This document shows, one piece after another, positions 1-10,730 of a DNA stretch of 64,000 bases (the stretch's first letter is position 1; the number at the start of each line of letters is the position of its first letter). Source of the stretch: a candidate division WOR-3 bacterium (lineage in GTDB: Bacteria > Hydrothermota > 32-111); assembly GCA_037481815.1 (NCBI GenBank), contig JBBFKX010000001.1:448001-512000 (forward strand), in the 5' to 3' direction. The position numbers and the translations under genes were made by a program. Below the pieces are notes generated by a model. That model did no database searches. It was given only the letters and a program-made list of their open reading frames with translations, and had not been told where the DNA came from.

Positions 1-2198
1 AACATTTTTGGTAACTTCGATCTCAACTCTGTTAACTCATGGTAATGTGTAGCGAACAAAGTTTTAGGAGATCTTTCAAGATCGTGTATGTATTCAATTA
101 TCGCCCATGCTATCGACAATCCATCAAATGTCGATGTTCCCCTTCCAATTTCATCGAGGACTATAAAACTTTTTTCCGTCATGTTTTCAATGATGTTTGA
201 ACATTCAAGCATTTCAGCCATAAATGTTGAAACACCTTTTGAAAGATCATCACTTGCTCCTATCCTTGTAAATATTCTATCCGTTAGTGGTATCTTCGCT
301 TTTTTAGCAGGGACAAATAGTCCTATATGAGCCATCAATATAATCAAAGCGTTTTGCCTGAGATAGGTCGACTTACCTGACATATTGGGACCTGTTAAAA
401 GAATCAGAGATCTTTTTTCGTCCATATAAAGAGAGTTTGGAACAAATCTTTCATTTCTGTTCACCATCTCTATCACGGGGTGTCTTCCATCTTCAATATA
501 CAGTTCATAAAAATCGCCTATCTGGGGTCTTGTATAATCATTCTCATATGATAGAACAGTATAGGAATACAAAAGATCTATTTTCCCAATGTAGATCGAA
601 ACTTTTTTTAACTCAACATAGTACAACGATAACCTTTCTATAAGTTTTTCATAAAGTTCTTTTTCAAGTTTGTTCAACCTTTCTTCAGCAGTTAAAATTT
701 CTATCTCATACTTTTTCAATTTTTCGTTAACAAACCTTTCTGCATTTTTCAAAGTCTGTTTCCTTATATAATCTTTTGGCACTTTATCAAGATTTGAGTT
801 TGTGATCTCTATATAGTATCCCATCACGGTTGAATAACCGATCCTCAGATTGTTTATACCTGTTCTTCTTTTTTCTTCATCTTCCATCATAAATATAGAT
901 TTTGAGCCCTCCAAAGATAATTCTTTCAATCTATCATATTCCGGATCAAATCCTTTTTTAAAAAATTTCTCTTTTTCTCCATCAAGAACAATGTTTTCAT
1001 CTATAGAAATATCTATCAACTGTATGATCTTTTCTACAAGATCTTTTTCAATCTCAAAAATATCAATGGAGAGATCTTTAACAATATCCGTAATTCTGAT
1101 AAAACTTTTTAAAGATTTTTTAAGGTTTATAAGATCCCTTGGAGTTGCCTTTTTGGAAGCGATCCTTGCATTGATCCTTTCAACATCTCCAACTTCTGAT
1201 AGAAGAGTTCCAAGAGATTTCACAAGATCAAATTTTAAGACCATTTTTTCAATGTTGTCATAAATTTTATTTATCGTGTTCAGATCATTGTAGGGTGATT
1301 TCAAAATTTCCCTTAAAGTTCTACCGCCCATTGGAGTTTTCGTTCTGTCAATAGCAAAAAGAAATGAATTTTCATACTCTCCATTACTTCTTGTGAATAT
1401 TTCAAGGTTTCTTAATGTCTGGCTATCAAGAACCATCCTTTTTGATAGATCTATATACTCAAAATTTTTTACCTGTTGTAAATCTGTCGAGTAAGTTTCT
1501 TTGATAAACAGTAATAACGCTCCAGTAGCTCTTATGAGTTTTTCATCAAGATTTTTAATTCTTTCAACTTTTTCTATACCAAACTGTGTTTTCAATACTT
1601 CCAGACAATCATCCAGATCAAAAAAATTTTTATCTATAACCTTTATTTCCTTTTCTTCGACTCTCAACTTTTCATTTGAAACTATCTCTTTTATATCTTT
1701 ACTTTTTAGAAAATGGATAATATTCTCACCATTTTTAAAATCATAAATGAACATATCTCCAGTTGAGATATCGAGAGTTGTTACAATAGTTTTTTCATCA
1801 AAAATATATACAAGAGCAAAATAGTTGTTTTCTTTTTCTGAAAGTAAAGATTCCCTCATTATCGTTCCGGGAGTAATCACCTCAACCACTCCCCTTTTTA
1901 CAAGTTTTACATTTTTTGAAGGTTCTTCAAGTTGATCGGCTATTGCTATCTTTTTTCCGGTTGAGACCAACCTCCTTATATAATTATCAGCTGACTTTAT
2001 CGGGAAACCAGCAAGAGGGATCTTTTCTTCTCCATATTCTCTTGATGTCAGGGTTATGTTGAGTATCGATGCTATAAATTTTGCATCATCATAAAAAGTT
2101 TCATAAAAATCACCCATTCGAAAAAGCAAAATGGAATCTTGAAAATTCGATTTTATCTCTTTATACTGTTTCAATATTGGAACATCTTTCTCCTTCAT
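1..2198 (-). CDS. mutS: DNA mismatch repair protein MutS (3' end runs off the window)
   Basis: Missing from the ORF track; translated by hand from ATG at 2198: MKEKDVPILKQYKEIK...LLFRMGDFYETF, P-loop GPNMSGKSTYLRQ, STFMAEM, DEIGRGTSTFDG, FATHYHEL. Confidence 0.97.
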   Translation of the reverse strand, partial: MKEKDVPILKQYKEIKSNFQDSILLFRMGDFYETFYDDAKFIASILNITLTSREYGEEKIPLAGFPIKSADNYIRRLVSTGKKIAIADQLEEPSKNVKLVKRGVVEVITPGTIMRESLLSEKENNYFALVYIFDEKTIVTTLDISTGDMFIYDFKNGENIIHFLKSKDIKEIVSNEKLRVEEKEIKVIDKNFFDLDDCLEVLKTQFGIEKVERIKNLDEKLIRATGALLLFIKETYSTDLQQVKNFEYIDLSKRMVLDSQTLRNLEIFTRSNGEYENSFLFAIDRTKTPMGGRTLREILKSPYNDLNTINKIYDNIEKMVLKFDLVKSLGTLLSEVGDVERINARIASKKATPRDLINLKKSLKSFIRITDIVKDLSIDIFEIEKDLVEKIIQLIDISIDENIVLDGEKEKFFKKGFDPEYDRLKELSLEGSKSIFMMEDEEKRRTGINNLRIGYSTVMGYYIEITNSNLDKVPKDYIRKQTLKNAERFVNEKLKKYEIEILTAEERLNKLEKELYEKLIERLSLYYVELKKVSIYIGKIDLLYSYTVLSYENDYTRPQIGDFYELYIEDGRHPVIEMVNRNERFVPNSLYMDEKRSLILLTGPNMSGKSTYLRQNALIILMAHIGLFVPAKKAKIPLTDRIFTRIGASDDLSKGVSTFMAEMLECSNIIENMTEKSFIVLDEIGRGTSTFDGLSIAWAIIEYIHDLERSPKTLFATHYHELTELRSKLPKM

Positions 2199-2199
2199 A

Positions 2200-2940
2200 T
2201 CATTCTCCATAAACTATCCATGCGGGTACGGTTTCAGCTTTTTGAAAAATTTTTAAAAAACTTTTCGCATCCTGTTCGTTTTTAAACTTTCCGATTCGTA
2301 CTTTGTATAGATTCTCTTCAAAAACAATAAAAACATCATAACTCTTATCTTTATACTTTTTAAAAAGATTTTCAGCGTTCTCCTTATTTCTAAAAGATCC
2401 TATCTGGATCGAATAAAATTTATCTTTTATTTGAGAATGTTTCGATTTTTCCATTGTTGAAAAATACTTTAAAAAAGGACTGGATCCAACTTCGTTTGCA
2501 AAACTTGAGATCCAGTAATTGGCATTGTTTATATCAGCATAATTTTCATATATCCCTATTATTCCCAGATAAGCGTATTCTATTGTCCTGCTATCTTTTA
2601 AAGAAACCAATTTTCTATAATATGTCAACGCTTTTGAACTATCCTTTGAAAGTGTGTAATATTTTGCAATTCGAAGAAGTGTTAAAGGATAAAAAGGTGA
2701 ATCTTTATATTTTTCTTCAATGACTCTGTAATAATTCAAAGATAATGTCACATCGTTAGAAAGTTCAGCAATATAAAAATAGAGAGAACTTGGCACCTGA
2801 CCATTCTCTTTAACAGAATCGAGTAGCGATTTTAATGTTTTGTAATCACCCTTTAAATAAAGTTCTCGTAAATCTGCTGTAAAAGAAGAATTAAAAATCA
2901 AAATTATACCAAAAATAATAATAAAATTTTTCATATTCAC
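2200..2940 (-). CDS. Secreted TPR-like protein with C-terminal SPOR peptidoglycan-binding domain
   Basis: Signal peptide, helical repeats, and C-terminal YSIQIGSFRNKENAE...YKVRIGKF SPOR motif. Confidence 0.8.
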   Translation of the reverse strand: MNMKNFIIIFGIILIFNSSFTADLRELYLKGDYKTLKSLLDSVKENGQVPSSLYFYIAELSNDVTLSLNYYRVIEEKYKDSPFYPLTLLRIAKYYTLSKDSSKALTYYRKLVSLKDSRTIEYAYLGIIGIYENYADINNANYWISSFANEVGSSPFLKYFSTMEKSKHSQIKDKFYSIQIGSFRNKENAENLFKKYKDKSYDVFIVFEENLYKVRIGKFKNEQDAKSFLKIFQKAETVPAWIVYGE

Positions 2941-4205
2941 CTCATCTTTACTCCATAAGGAGTTATTCCTTTTATTTCCAATATTTTTACTATCACCTTA
3001 TCTCCAATACCTATATTTTCGCCTGTCAAAACAACACTCCTGTTGTGTTTGTCCCTTCCATAAAATTCCTTTATGTTTTTTTTGCTTAATTTTTCTATTA
3101 TAACCTCAACTTCCTTACCAACAAGTTGTTTTAATTTTTTATCTTTCAACAACCGCTGTGCCTGTATGATTTTTTTTAACCTTTCGGAAGAAACTCTTTT
3201 ATCACAATCATCCATAAAATAAGAAAGAGTATTTTTCCTTCTTGAAAATCTATACATGAAAGCATCATCGAATTCAATTTCCTGAATTAGTTTAAGAGTT
3301 TGATTAAAATCTTCCTCCTCCTCATATGGAAGACCAACCATAATATCTGTAGTTATCGAAATATCTTTAACTATTTGCCGTGATATTTCAATTTTGTTTC
3401 TGTAATCTTTTACAGTATAATCCCTATGGAGAAGTTTCAAAAGTTTATCCGATCCTGTTTGAACAGGCAGGTGAAGATGAGGACAGATGTTCTCATAATC
3501 CGCCATCAGTTTAACTATATCGGGTGAAAAATCTTTTGGATGTGAAGTTAAAAATCTTATTCTTAAATCTTTAAACTGTTTTGCAACATCTTCAAGAATT
3601 TTAACAAAATTATAAGAACCATGTTTGTAAGAATTCACATTTTGTCCAAGGAGCATTATCTCTCTGGTTTTTTCATTTCTATTCAATTTTATATTTTTTA
3701 TAACATCTTCTCTGCTGAAAGATATCTCCTGTCCTCTAAGGTAAGGAACTATACAATAAGAACAGAAATTGTTACACCCTTTCATAATTGGAATACTTAA
3801 GGTAAAACCAGTATCCCTTAAAACATAAGAGTAATTCCCTTCTGAAACTATTTCAAACTCTTTAAAATTTTGACTCTTTATCAATTCTGGGAGTTTTTCA
3901 TATTCCGTTGAAACTATAAAGGATTCATCGACAAGGATATTTTCATTCTCAAGTGCTTTCGCAAGACAACCTGCAATTATAAACCTTTTCCTCTTTTTTT
4001 TACCTTTCAAACTCTGGATGAATCCTAATGCTCTTTTATGTGCATGTTCTCGTACAGAACAACCGTTAACAATAACAAAATTTGCATCCTCTATATCAGA
4101 AACTTCAAGAAAACCACTCTTTCTGAGTATCGCACTTATGGCCTGACTGTCATAATCGTTCATCTCACAGCCATAAGTTACAATTTTAAAAGTTTCTTTC
4201 TTCAC
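2937..4205 (-). CDS. miaB: tRNA-2-methylthio-N6-dimethylallyladenosine synthase MiaB
   Basis: TYGCEMNDYDS, NGCSVREHA, radical SAM GCNNFCSYC, LLGQNVNSY, TSHPKDF, TRAM-like C-terminus. Start uncertain (GTG 4205 after GGGAAGG, or ATG 4220). Confidence 0.9.
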   Translation of the reverse strand: MKKETFKIVTYGCEMNDYDSQAISAILRKSGFLEVSDIEDANFVIVNGCSVREHAHKRALGFIQSLKGKKKRKRFIIAGCLAKALENENILVDESFIVSTEYEKLPELIKSQNFKEFEIVSEGNYSYVLRDTGFTLSIPIMKGCNNFCSYCIVPYLRGQEISFSREDVIKNIKLNRNEKTREIMLLGQNVNSYKHGSYNFVKILEDVAKQFKDLRIRFLTSHPKDFSPDIVKLMADYENICPHLHLPVQTGSDKLLKLLHRDYTVKDYRNKIEISRQIVKDISITTDIMVGLPYEEEEDFNQTLKLIQEIEFDDAFMYRFSRRKNTLSYFMDDCDKRVSSERLKKIIQAQRLLKDKKLKQLVGKEVEVIIEKLSKKNIKEFYGRDKHNRSVVLTGENIGIGDKVIVKILEIKGITPYGVKMR

Positions 4206-5370
4206 AGAAGACCTTCCCATCAACAAAATCTAAAACTTTCACTTTAATAATATCACCTTTTTGAAATTTATTATCATACTTCAAATATCCATCAAAATAC
4301 CTTTCACTCTTTCCTTTGATCATATCATCTTTAAAACTTTCGAAAATTATAGTTTCGTTGATACCCTTTAACGATTTCAAAAACTCTTCTTTTTTCTCTT
4401 TATGTAGTTTTCTCATAATTTCCATTTTCTCTTCTACCTGTATTTTCGTATCTTTTACATTTTCGAAATAATATGCTAAACTTTCCTTTCTCCTCGAGAA
4501 AGGAAAAATATGAAAATGCGAAAAATAACTTTCTTTAAAGAACTCTACCATTTCGATAAAATCTTGATCAGTTTCAAATGGAAAACCAACTATGATGTCA
4601 CAACCAAGCATCGGTCTATCAAAATTTTCTTTGAAAGCGATCATGATTTCTTTGATCCTTTGAACATTATATTTTCTTTTCATCATCTTCAAAACTTTTT
4701 GTGAGATATGTTGTAATGATAAATGAAAAAATGGAACAAGTTTTTTTACTTTCGCCATTCTTTCGATACCCTTTTCATCGATTTCATTTATATCAAGTGA
4801 TGATAACCTTATCCTTTCAATCGGTTTTTCAGCAACAAGATTCACAAGATCTACAAGATTTTTCCCTTCATTACTGAATCGTCCAATATGAACCCCTGTT
4901 AACACTATCTCTTTTATGTTATTCTTTGACAATTCTTCAACCTCTTTTAAAATCATTTTCACATCTCTACTTTTCTCCTCACCCCTGTAATAAGGAACAA
5001 TACAGTAAGAGCAAAAACTGTTACAGCCGATCTGTATGGGTATTTCAACTCTTGTTCTGTTAATATAAAATGTGTTTGAATGAAAAGCATCATTTTGATC
5101 TATATATTCTATATTTTCATTAAGAAGATTTACATCGTAACATCCTATAACTTTAATTTTTTTTTCAGGGAATCTTTTACTCATTCTTTTCAAAATTGTT
5201 TCGAACTGTTTCTGTGAGGTTTCAGTGACAATACACGATGAAAGAAGAATAATATCAGCATCATTTGGGTTATCACAAAAAGTGTGTCCATCTACTAAAT
5301 TCTTCCCTATATATTTTTTTGTCAAAGTTTGATTCAACTTACATCCCATCTGATAGAAAAATATCTTCAT
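4186..5370 (-). CDS. mtaB: MtaB-like tRNA methylthiotransferase (radical SAM)
   Basis: MGCKLNQ, GCNSFCSYC, EIVLTGVHIG, RIRLSSL, HIFPFSRR. ATG 5370 forms an ATGA overlap with the rfbD stop. Confidence 0.82.
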   Translation of the reverse strand: MKIFFYQMGCKLNQTLTKKYIGKNLVDGHTFCDNPNDADIILLSSCIVTETSQKQFETILKRMSKRFPEKKIKVIGCYDVNLLNENIEYIDQNDAFHSNTFYINRTRVEIPIQIGCNSFCSYCIVPYYRGEEKSRDVKMILKEVEELSKNNIKEIVLTGVHIGRFSNEGKNLVDLVNLVAEKPIERIRLSSLDINEIDEKGIERMAKVKKLVPFFHLSLQHISQKVLKMMKRKYNVQRIKEIMIAFKENFDRPMLGCDIIVGFPFETDQDFIEMVEFFKESYFSHFHIFPFSRRKESLAYYFENVKDTKIQVEEKMEIMRKLHKEKKEEFLKSLKGINETIIFESFKDDMIKGKSERYFDGYLKYDNKFQKGDIIKVKVLDFVDGKVFCEERNF

Positions 5371-6218
5371 CCTTTCAAATCCACCTTTAAAAAATATTCC
5401 AGAGATTCTTTCCAAAACTTCATAAGGTTTATCCCATCATCTTTTAAAACTCTATTCTCGAGAACAGAATATGAAGGTCTTTCAGGATAAAGGCCTTTTG
5501 AATCTCTCGTTTTTATTTTTATTCTAAGTTTCATAATCTTTTTTATCATAAGAGCGAAACCGTACCAGCTCGTTTCTCCTTCATCCGTTGAATGGATAAT
5601 ACCGGAAAGATCATAATCTATGATCTTCTCAACCTGTCTTGCTATATTGTAAGTATAGGTTGGAGTTAATACCTGATCGTTTACAACCGATACATCTTCT
5701 TTATTTTCAGCCTTTTTTAAAATAAATGAAACAAAATTGTATCCTTTTGATTTGCTCTCGCACCTTCCATATAACCCGCTAACCCTCAAAATTTTTGCAT
5801 CAGGATTGTTTTCAAGTATCATACGCTCGCCAATATATTTTGATAAACCATAATTGTTCAAAGGATTACATCGATCACCTTCAATATATGGTTTTTTCTT
5901 TTTACCATCGAAAACATAATCAGTAGAAAAATGAAAAAACTTAATTTTATTTTTATAACAGAATTTTGCCATAACTGTTGGAAGATTAGAATTCATCAAA
6001 AAAGCATCTTTGATAAATCTTTCACTTGATACAACATCAAGATATGCTGAACAGTTTATCAAAATATCGTATCTGTTTTTTATAAAACTCAAAAAATCAT
6101 CAATTTTCCTTATATCAAATTTTTCTTTGCCACCACCATCAACAAGATATTTTTTGGAGAGTACCCTTTCAAGGTCATAACCCAGTTGTCCATTTTTCCC
6201 GATAATGTAAATTTTCAT
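5367..6218 (-). CDS. rfbD: dTDP-4-dehydrorhamnose reductase
   Basis: GKNGQLG, FSTDYVFDG, PLNNYGLSK, VVNDQ-x-x-TPTY, RPSYSVL. Confidence 0.92.
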   Translation of the reverse strand: MKIYIIGKNGQLGYDLERVLSKKYLVDGGGKEKFDIRKIDDFLSFIKNRYDILINCSAYLDVVSSERFIKDAFLMNSNLPTVMAKFCYKNKIKFFHFSTDYVFDGKKKKPYIEGDRCNPLNNYGLSKYIGERMILENNPDAKILRVSGLYGRCESKSKGYNFVSFILKKAENKEDVSVVNDQVLTPTYTYNIARQVEKIIDYDLSGIIHSTDEGETSWYGFALMIKKIMKLRIKIKTRDSKGLYPERPSYSVLENRVLKDDGINLMKFWKESLEYFLKVDLKG

Positions 6219-7027
6219 AAAGAGAATACCTTAAAAAGATCTTCGACAGAATCACATACAATATCTATATCAAGATTTGAATTCTTATAATCTTCAAGTT
6301 TGGTTTCACCTGAAAGCACTAATACCGATATGACCCTTGCGTCAACAGCCATCCTCATATCTGTGTACAATCTGTCACCAACCATAACCGCATCATTGTT
6401 CTCGATTGAATAAAACTTTAAAATGTTTGAAAGCATTTCAACATTCGGTTTTCCGACGATCTCAGGTAACCTGTTGGTACATTTTTCAAACATACTGATA
6501 AAACAACCTATATCCGGAATAAATCCATCTTCTGTTGGACAGAGTATATCAGGATGTGTTGCTATGTACCTTTTTCCCTTTATCAAAAATTTGTAAGCTT
6601 TTTCAATCTTTTCATAAGTTAAAGTTTTATCAAAACCGAGTAAAACAACTTCAGGATCCTTATCCGTTATTATAAAACCATTCTCTATTAATTCCTCTTC
6701 AAACGAAGGCGTTCCAAGAGGAAAAATTTTTATAATATTCTCCCTTTTCATCTTCAAAATCGTTGCATTCAAAGATGTAAAAATTTCGTCGATCGAAACT
6801 TCAAAACCCATCCTTTTCAATTTCAAATAATAATCTTTTCTGTTCTTTGAAGAATTGTTTGATAAAAAAACTCTTTTTATCTCCATTTCCTTTAATCTGT
6901 TCAAAAACTGAACTGAACCATCGATAAGTTTATCTCCAAGATAGAGAGTACCATCCATATCAAAGAAAAATATTTTGGGAAAGTTATTCCCATTCGATAG
7001 TTGAAGGTGGTTTTGATGATATATCAT
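6215..7027 (-). CDS. HAD-IIA family hydrolase (NagD-like); start uncertain
   Basis: [37 protein letters not shown]. Confidence 0.88.
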   Translation of the reverse strand: MIYHQNHLQLSNGNNFPKIFFFDMDGTLYLGDKLIDGSVQFLNRLKEMEIKRVFLSNNSSKNRKDYYLKLKRMGFEVSIDEIFTSLNATILKMKRENIIKIFPLGTPSFEEELIENGFIITDKDPEVVLLGFDKTLTYEKIEKAYKFLIKGKRYIATHPDILCPTEDGFIPDIGCFISMFEKCTNRLPEIVGKPNVEMLSNILKFYSIENNDAVMVGDRLYTDMRMAVDARVISVLVLSGETKLEDYKNSNLDIDIVCDSVEDLFKVFSL

Positions 7028-8519
7028 ATACTACCCTATTCACTCCTTTCACTTCGTTTATTATTCTGTTAGAAATTTTTTGTACAATTTCCCTTTCAAA
7101 CCAATAAAAATCAGCAGTCATTCCATCGGTCGAAGTAACAGCCCTAAGTGCTATCACATTCTCATAAGTTCTTTCATCACCCATAACACCAACACTTTGA
7201 ACCGGTAAAAAAACAGCGAACGCCTGCCATATTTCATCATAAATTTTATTTTTTTTCAGCTCTTCTATGTATATAGCATCAACTTTTCTTAAAATCTCGA
7301 GTTTATCCTCGGTTACTTCTCCGATTATTCTTATCGCAAGACCTGGACCAGGGAAAGGATGTCTGTTTATAAAGTTTGATGGTATCCCAAGTTTTAAACC
7401 TATCATTCTGACTTCATCTTTGAAAAGATCTTTCAAAGGTTCTACCAGTTTAAAATTCATCCTTTCAGGCAAACCACCAACATTATGATGACTCTTTATA
7501 ACTGCTGAAGGCCCTTTTGTCGATTTTGATTCAATTCTATCGGGGTATATAGTCCCCTGTAATAAAAATTTTGCATTCTTAATTTTTTTTGCCTCATCCT
7601 CAAACGATTCTATAAAAAGTTTTCCTATTATTTTCCTTTTCTTTTCAGGATCGGTAATTCCCTTCAAATTATTCAAAAAAACTTTACTCTTATCTACATA
7701 TTTTACATCAAGTTTTAATTTCTTATTATAAAGTTCTATAACTTCCTTTCCTTCGTTCATCCTTAAAAGACCTGTATCTATCAGAAAACCTTTCAACCTG
7801 TTTCCAATTGCCTTTTTTACAAGCATTGCAGCAACAGTTGAGTCAACTCCACCGGATAACCCTCCAATAACATAACCATCACCAACTTCTTCTTGTATAT
7901 TCTCAACTATACTTGTTATAAGATGCTTGCTAGTCCAATTCTTTTTCGCATCACATACTTCAAAAACAAAATTTTTCAAAATTTCTTTTCCATAATCTGT
8001 ATGGTATACCTCAGGATGGAACTGCAAACCAAAAATTTTTCCATTTTTACTCTCCATCGAGCCATATTTACAGTTATGACTGTACCCTGTTCTATAAAAA
8101 TTTTCAGGTAATTTTACAACATTGTCCGAATGTGACATCCACACATTTATCTGTTTAGGAATATTTTTAAAAAGTTTTTCACCTTTTAATATGTTAAATT
8201 TTGCAAACCCAAACTCTCTTTTTTTTGATCTTTCAACTTTTCCATTATATTTTTTCGCTAAAAGTTGCATCCCATAACATATTCCTAAAACTGGAATATC
8301 AAGTTTTATAATATCAAGTTTTATATCGGGAGAATCCTTGTCGTATACGGAATTCGGTCCACCTGACAGAATCAGACCGTAATAGTTTTTCAATTCAACA
8401 TCTTTTATTCCATCAGGATGAACTATTTCTGAAAAAACCTCAAGTTCCCTGATCCTTCTTGCAATCAGTTGGGTATACTGTGAACCAAAGTCAACTATAA
8501 GAATTCCTTTCTTATCCAT
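6984..8519 (-). CDS. guaA: GMP synthase (glutamine-hydrolysing)
   Basis: [52 protein letters not shown]. Confidence 0.98.
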   Translation of the reverse strand: MDKKGILIVDFGSQYTQLIARRIRELEVFSEIVHPDGIKDVELKNYYGLILSGGPNSVYDKDSPDIKLDIIKLDIPVLGICYGMQLLAKKYNGKVERSKKREFGFAKFNILKGEKLFKNIPKQINVWMSHSDNVVKLPENFYRTGYSHNCKYGSMESKNGKIFGLQFHPEVYHTDYGKEILKNFVFEVCDAKKNWTSKHLITSIVENIQEEVGDGYVIGGLSGGVDSTVAAMLVKKAIGNRLKGFLIDTGLLRMNEGKEVIELYNKKLKLDVKYVDKSKVFLNNLKGITDPEKKRKIIGKLFIESFEDEAKKIKNAKFLLQGTIYPDRIESKSTKGPSAVIKSHHNVGGLPERMNFKLVEPLKDLFKDEVRMIGLKLGIPSNFINRHPFPGPGLAIRIIGEVTEDKLEILRKVDAIYIEELKKNKIYDEIWQAFAVFLPVQSVGVMGDERTYENVIALRAVTSTDGMTADFYWFEREIVQKISNRIINEVKGVNRVVYDISSKPPSTIEWE

Positions 8520-9159
8520 CTATAATCCTCTTTAAATTTTTTCTTATATCTCCATTAAAAAGATAGGAACCCGAAACGATCCAATCAGCACCTGCTTTTA
8601 TAGCATCTTTCGCAATTTTATCGTTTATCCCTCCATCGATTTCGATTCTATAATCTCTGTTTCCTCTTAAGATTTTCAATTCCCTGACTTTTTCTAAAGT
8701 GTATTTCAAAAACTTTTGACCCGCGAAACCCGGATGAACTGACATCACAAGCACATAATCAACATGATCAAGATATGGTGTTATCCTTTCAAGTTTTGTT
8801 TCAGGGTTTAAGACGATCCCTGCTTTTACTTTTCTTTTCTTTAATCTTTTGATAAGAAGAACAGGATTTTTTGTTGTTTCGATATGAAACGATATGTGAG
8901 TGGCACCGGAATCAACGAACCTATCATAATATTTATCAGGATTTTCTATCATAAGATGAATATCAAGATCCCTGTCGGTTAACTCTCTGACAACTTTTAC
9001 AAAATGTGGACCAAAAGTTATATTATCGACAAAATGCCCATCCATAACATCAAGATGTAAAATTTTTACAGAAGAAGGTATAGATGATATACTTTTTTTT
9101 AGATTCTTTATATCTATCGATAACAAAGATGGTATTACCTGAATATCTCTATCCATCAT
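8512..9159 (-). CDS. rpe: Ribulose-phosphate 3-epimerase
   Basis: [39 protein letters not shown]. Confidence 0.96.
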   Translation of the reverse strand: MMDRDIQVIPSLLSIDIKNLKKSISSIPSSVKILHLDVMDGHFVDNITFGPHFVKVVRELTDRDLDIHLMIENPDKYYDRFVDSGATHISFHIETTKNPVLLIKRLKKRKVKAGIVLNPETKLERITPYLDHVDYVLVMSVHPGFAGQKFLKYTLEKVRELKILRGNRDYRIEIDGGINDKIAKDAIKAGADWIVSGSYLFNGDIRKNLKRIIDG

Positions 9160-9944
9160 TTTCCTTTCAAAATCAACTTTAAAGTATCATCTTTTTTCAG
9201 ATACTGTCCGCTGTCAGGGATCTGTTTTATAACATAGAAATTTTCCTGCTTTCCTTTGATCGTGTCGATTTTCAGATTAATGTACCTTAAAAGTTTTGAG
9301 GAGATTATCAAAGCTGAATCTGAAGATAATCCAACAAAATTTGGAATCTGAACATAATTTTCTATCCTTCCCTTTGAAACATAAAGAGATATCGTTCCAC
9401 CTTTTGAAATCAAACTATTTTCAGCAGGTTCACTTCCTACCACTATATTCTCAGCATAGTTGTTATCAAAAACATAATTCGTGTCGTTTACAACTATACC
9501 ATTTTTTAAAAGTAAATCTGCTGCGTTCGAAATATGTAAACCTTTAACGAATGGGACCTTTATTTTTTCCGTTCCCTTTGAAACGATAACCTCAACTATT
9601 TTGTTGAACTTTATCGAACTGTTTGGTAAAGGATTTTGAGAAATTACTATACCACTTGGAACATTCTCTGAATACTCTTCCCCTGCAATCCTCATATCAA
9701 GACCGGCAAGTTCAAGGTTGGTTCTCGCCTGACTTATTGTTATACCTGTAACATCAGGAACTTTTATTTCCTTTGATGTTTTTAACAGAACAGGCATAAT
9801 TATTTGACCTAAAAATAATCCTACGAAAACAAAAAATATTGCAAAGAGTGTCAACAAACATCCCCACTTTTTACCTCTGTTATCAATATCAAGATTTTTC
9901 ACTTCGTTCTTTATTTCGTTGACTTTAAAAAAAGATAATCTCAT
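9156..9944 (-). CDS. Membrane-anchored PASTA-repeat protein
   Basis: One TM helix, then three PASTA repeats (VPDVTG...VISQNP, VPFVKG, IPNFVG). ATG 9944 overlaps the upstream stop (ATGA). Confidence 0.85.
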   Translation of the reverse strand: MRLSFFKVNEIKNEVKNLDIDNRGKKWGCLLTLFAIFFVFVGLFLGQIIMPVLLKTSKEIKVPDVTGITISQARTNLELAGLDMRIAGEEYSENVPSGIVISQNPLPNSSIKFNKIVEVIVSKGTEKIKVPFVKGLHISNAADLLLKNGIVVNDTNYVFDNNYAENIVVGSEPAENSLISKGGTISLYVSKGRIENYVQIPNFVGLSSDSALIISSKLLRYINLKIDTIKGKQENFYVIKQIPDSGQYLKKDDTLKLILKGK

Positions 9945-10729
9945 TCTCTTTCCTTGTTTATCCATATTTTTACACCTGTACCTTTTTTAACTTTTGTTCC
10001 AGGTGCTGGTTGTTGTTTTATCACTATATCAAAAGGATATTCAACATCGGTGACATATATAATCTCCTCAACAAAAAGTCCAGCATTTGTAATTTTTAGT
10101 TTTGCATCATCCTTTGTTAAAGAGTTAACATTTGGAACAACAACATTCACAACACCTTTTGAAACATTGAGATTCACAGCAGATCCAGCCGGTATCTTTA
10201 CCCCTCCAACTGGATCGGTTGAAACGACAACATCGGTTCGATATTTCTCATCATCAACATATTTTACATCTCCTATTTTCAGCCCAAGATTTATTATTTC
10301 CCTTTTAACCTCATCTATATTCAATCCAACAAAATAAGGAAGAGTTACAAGTTTTTGAGAATCAATTTTTGATTGTTCCACAATTTCCTTTCCAGAACTT
10401 ATCACCACATTGATCACACTATTTTTCATAACACTTGTTCCAGCAAAAGGTGATTGTGAAAGAATTGTTCCCTTTTCCTTATCACTCATTTTTTCCGATT
10501 CCACAAAAAGGTTCAAACTTTTGTTCAAAAGAATAATCTTTGCTTTTTCATAATCAAGACCTTCTACCAATGGCACCTCTACCATTTCAACTGAACTCTT
10601 TTCTGAATCTTTTTTAAAATCATGTAAAAGAGGCGTTATGAAAATTACAGCAACAGTTGATACGATAACAGAAACTATGATTGAAACTATGAGAGATATC
10701 GTGATGATCTTACCCGTATTATCGAACAT
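9941..10729 (-). CDS. Membrane-anchored PASTA-repeat protein
   Basis: N-terminal TM helix, then three PASTA repeats (VPLVEG...ILSQSP, LPYFVG, VPNVNS...VIKQQP). Confidence 0.87.
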   Translation of the reverse strand: MFDNTGKIITISLIVSIIVSVIVSTVAVIFITPLLHDFKKDSEKSSVEMVEVPLVEGLDYEKAKIILLNKSLNLFVESEKMSDKEKGTILSQSPFAGTSVMKNSVINVVISSGKEIVEQSKIDSQKLVTLPYFVGLNIDEVKREIINLGLKIGDVKYVDDEKYRTDVVVSTDPVGGVKIPAGSAVNLNVSKGVVNVVVPNVNSLTKDDAKLKITNAGLFVEEIIYVTDVEYPFDIVIKQQPAPGTKVKKGTGVKIWINKERE

Positions 10730-10730
10730 T

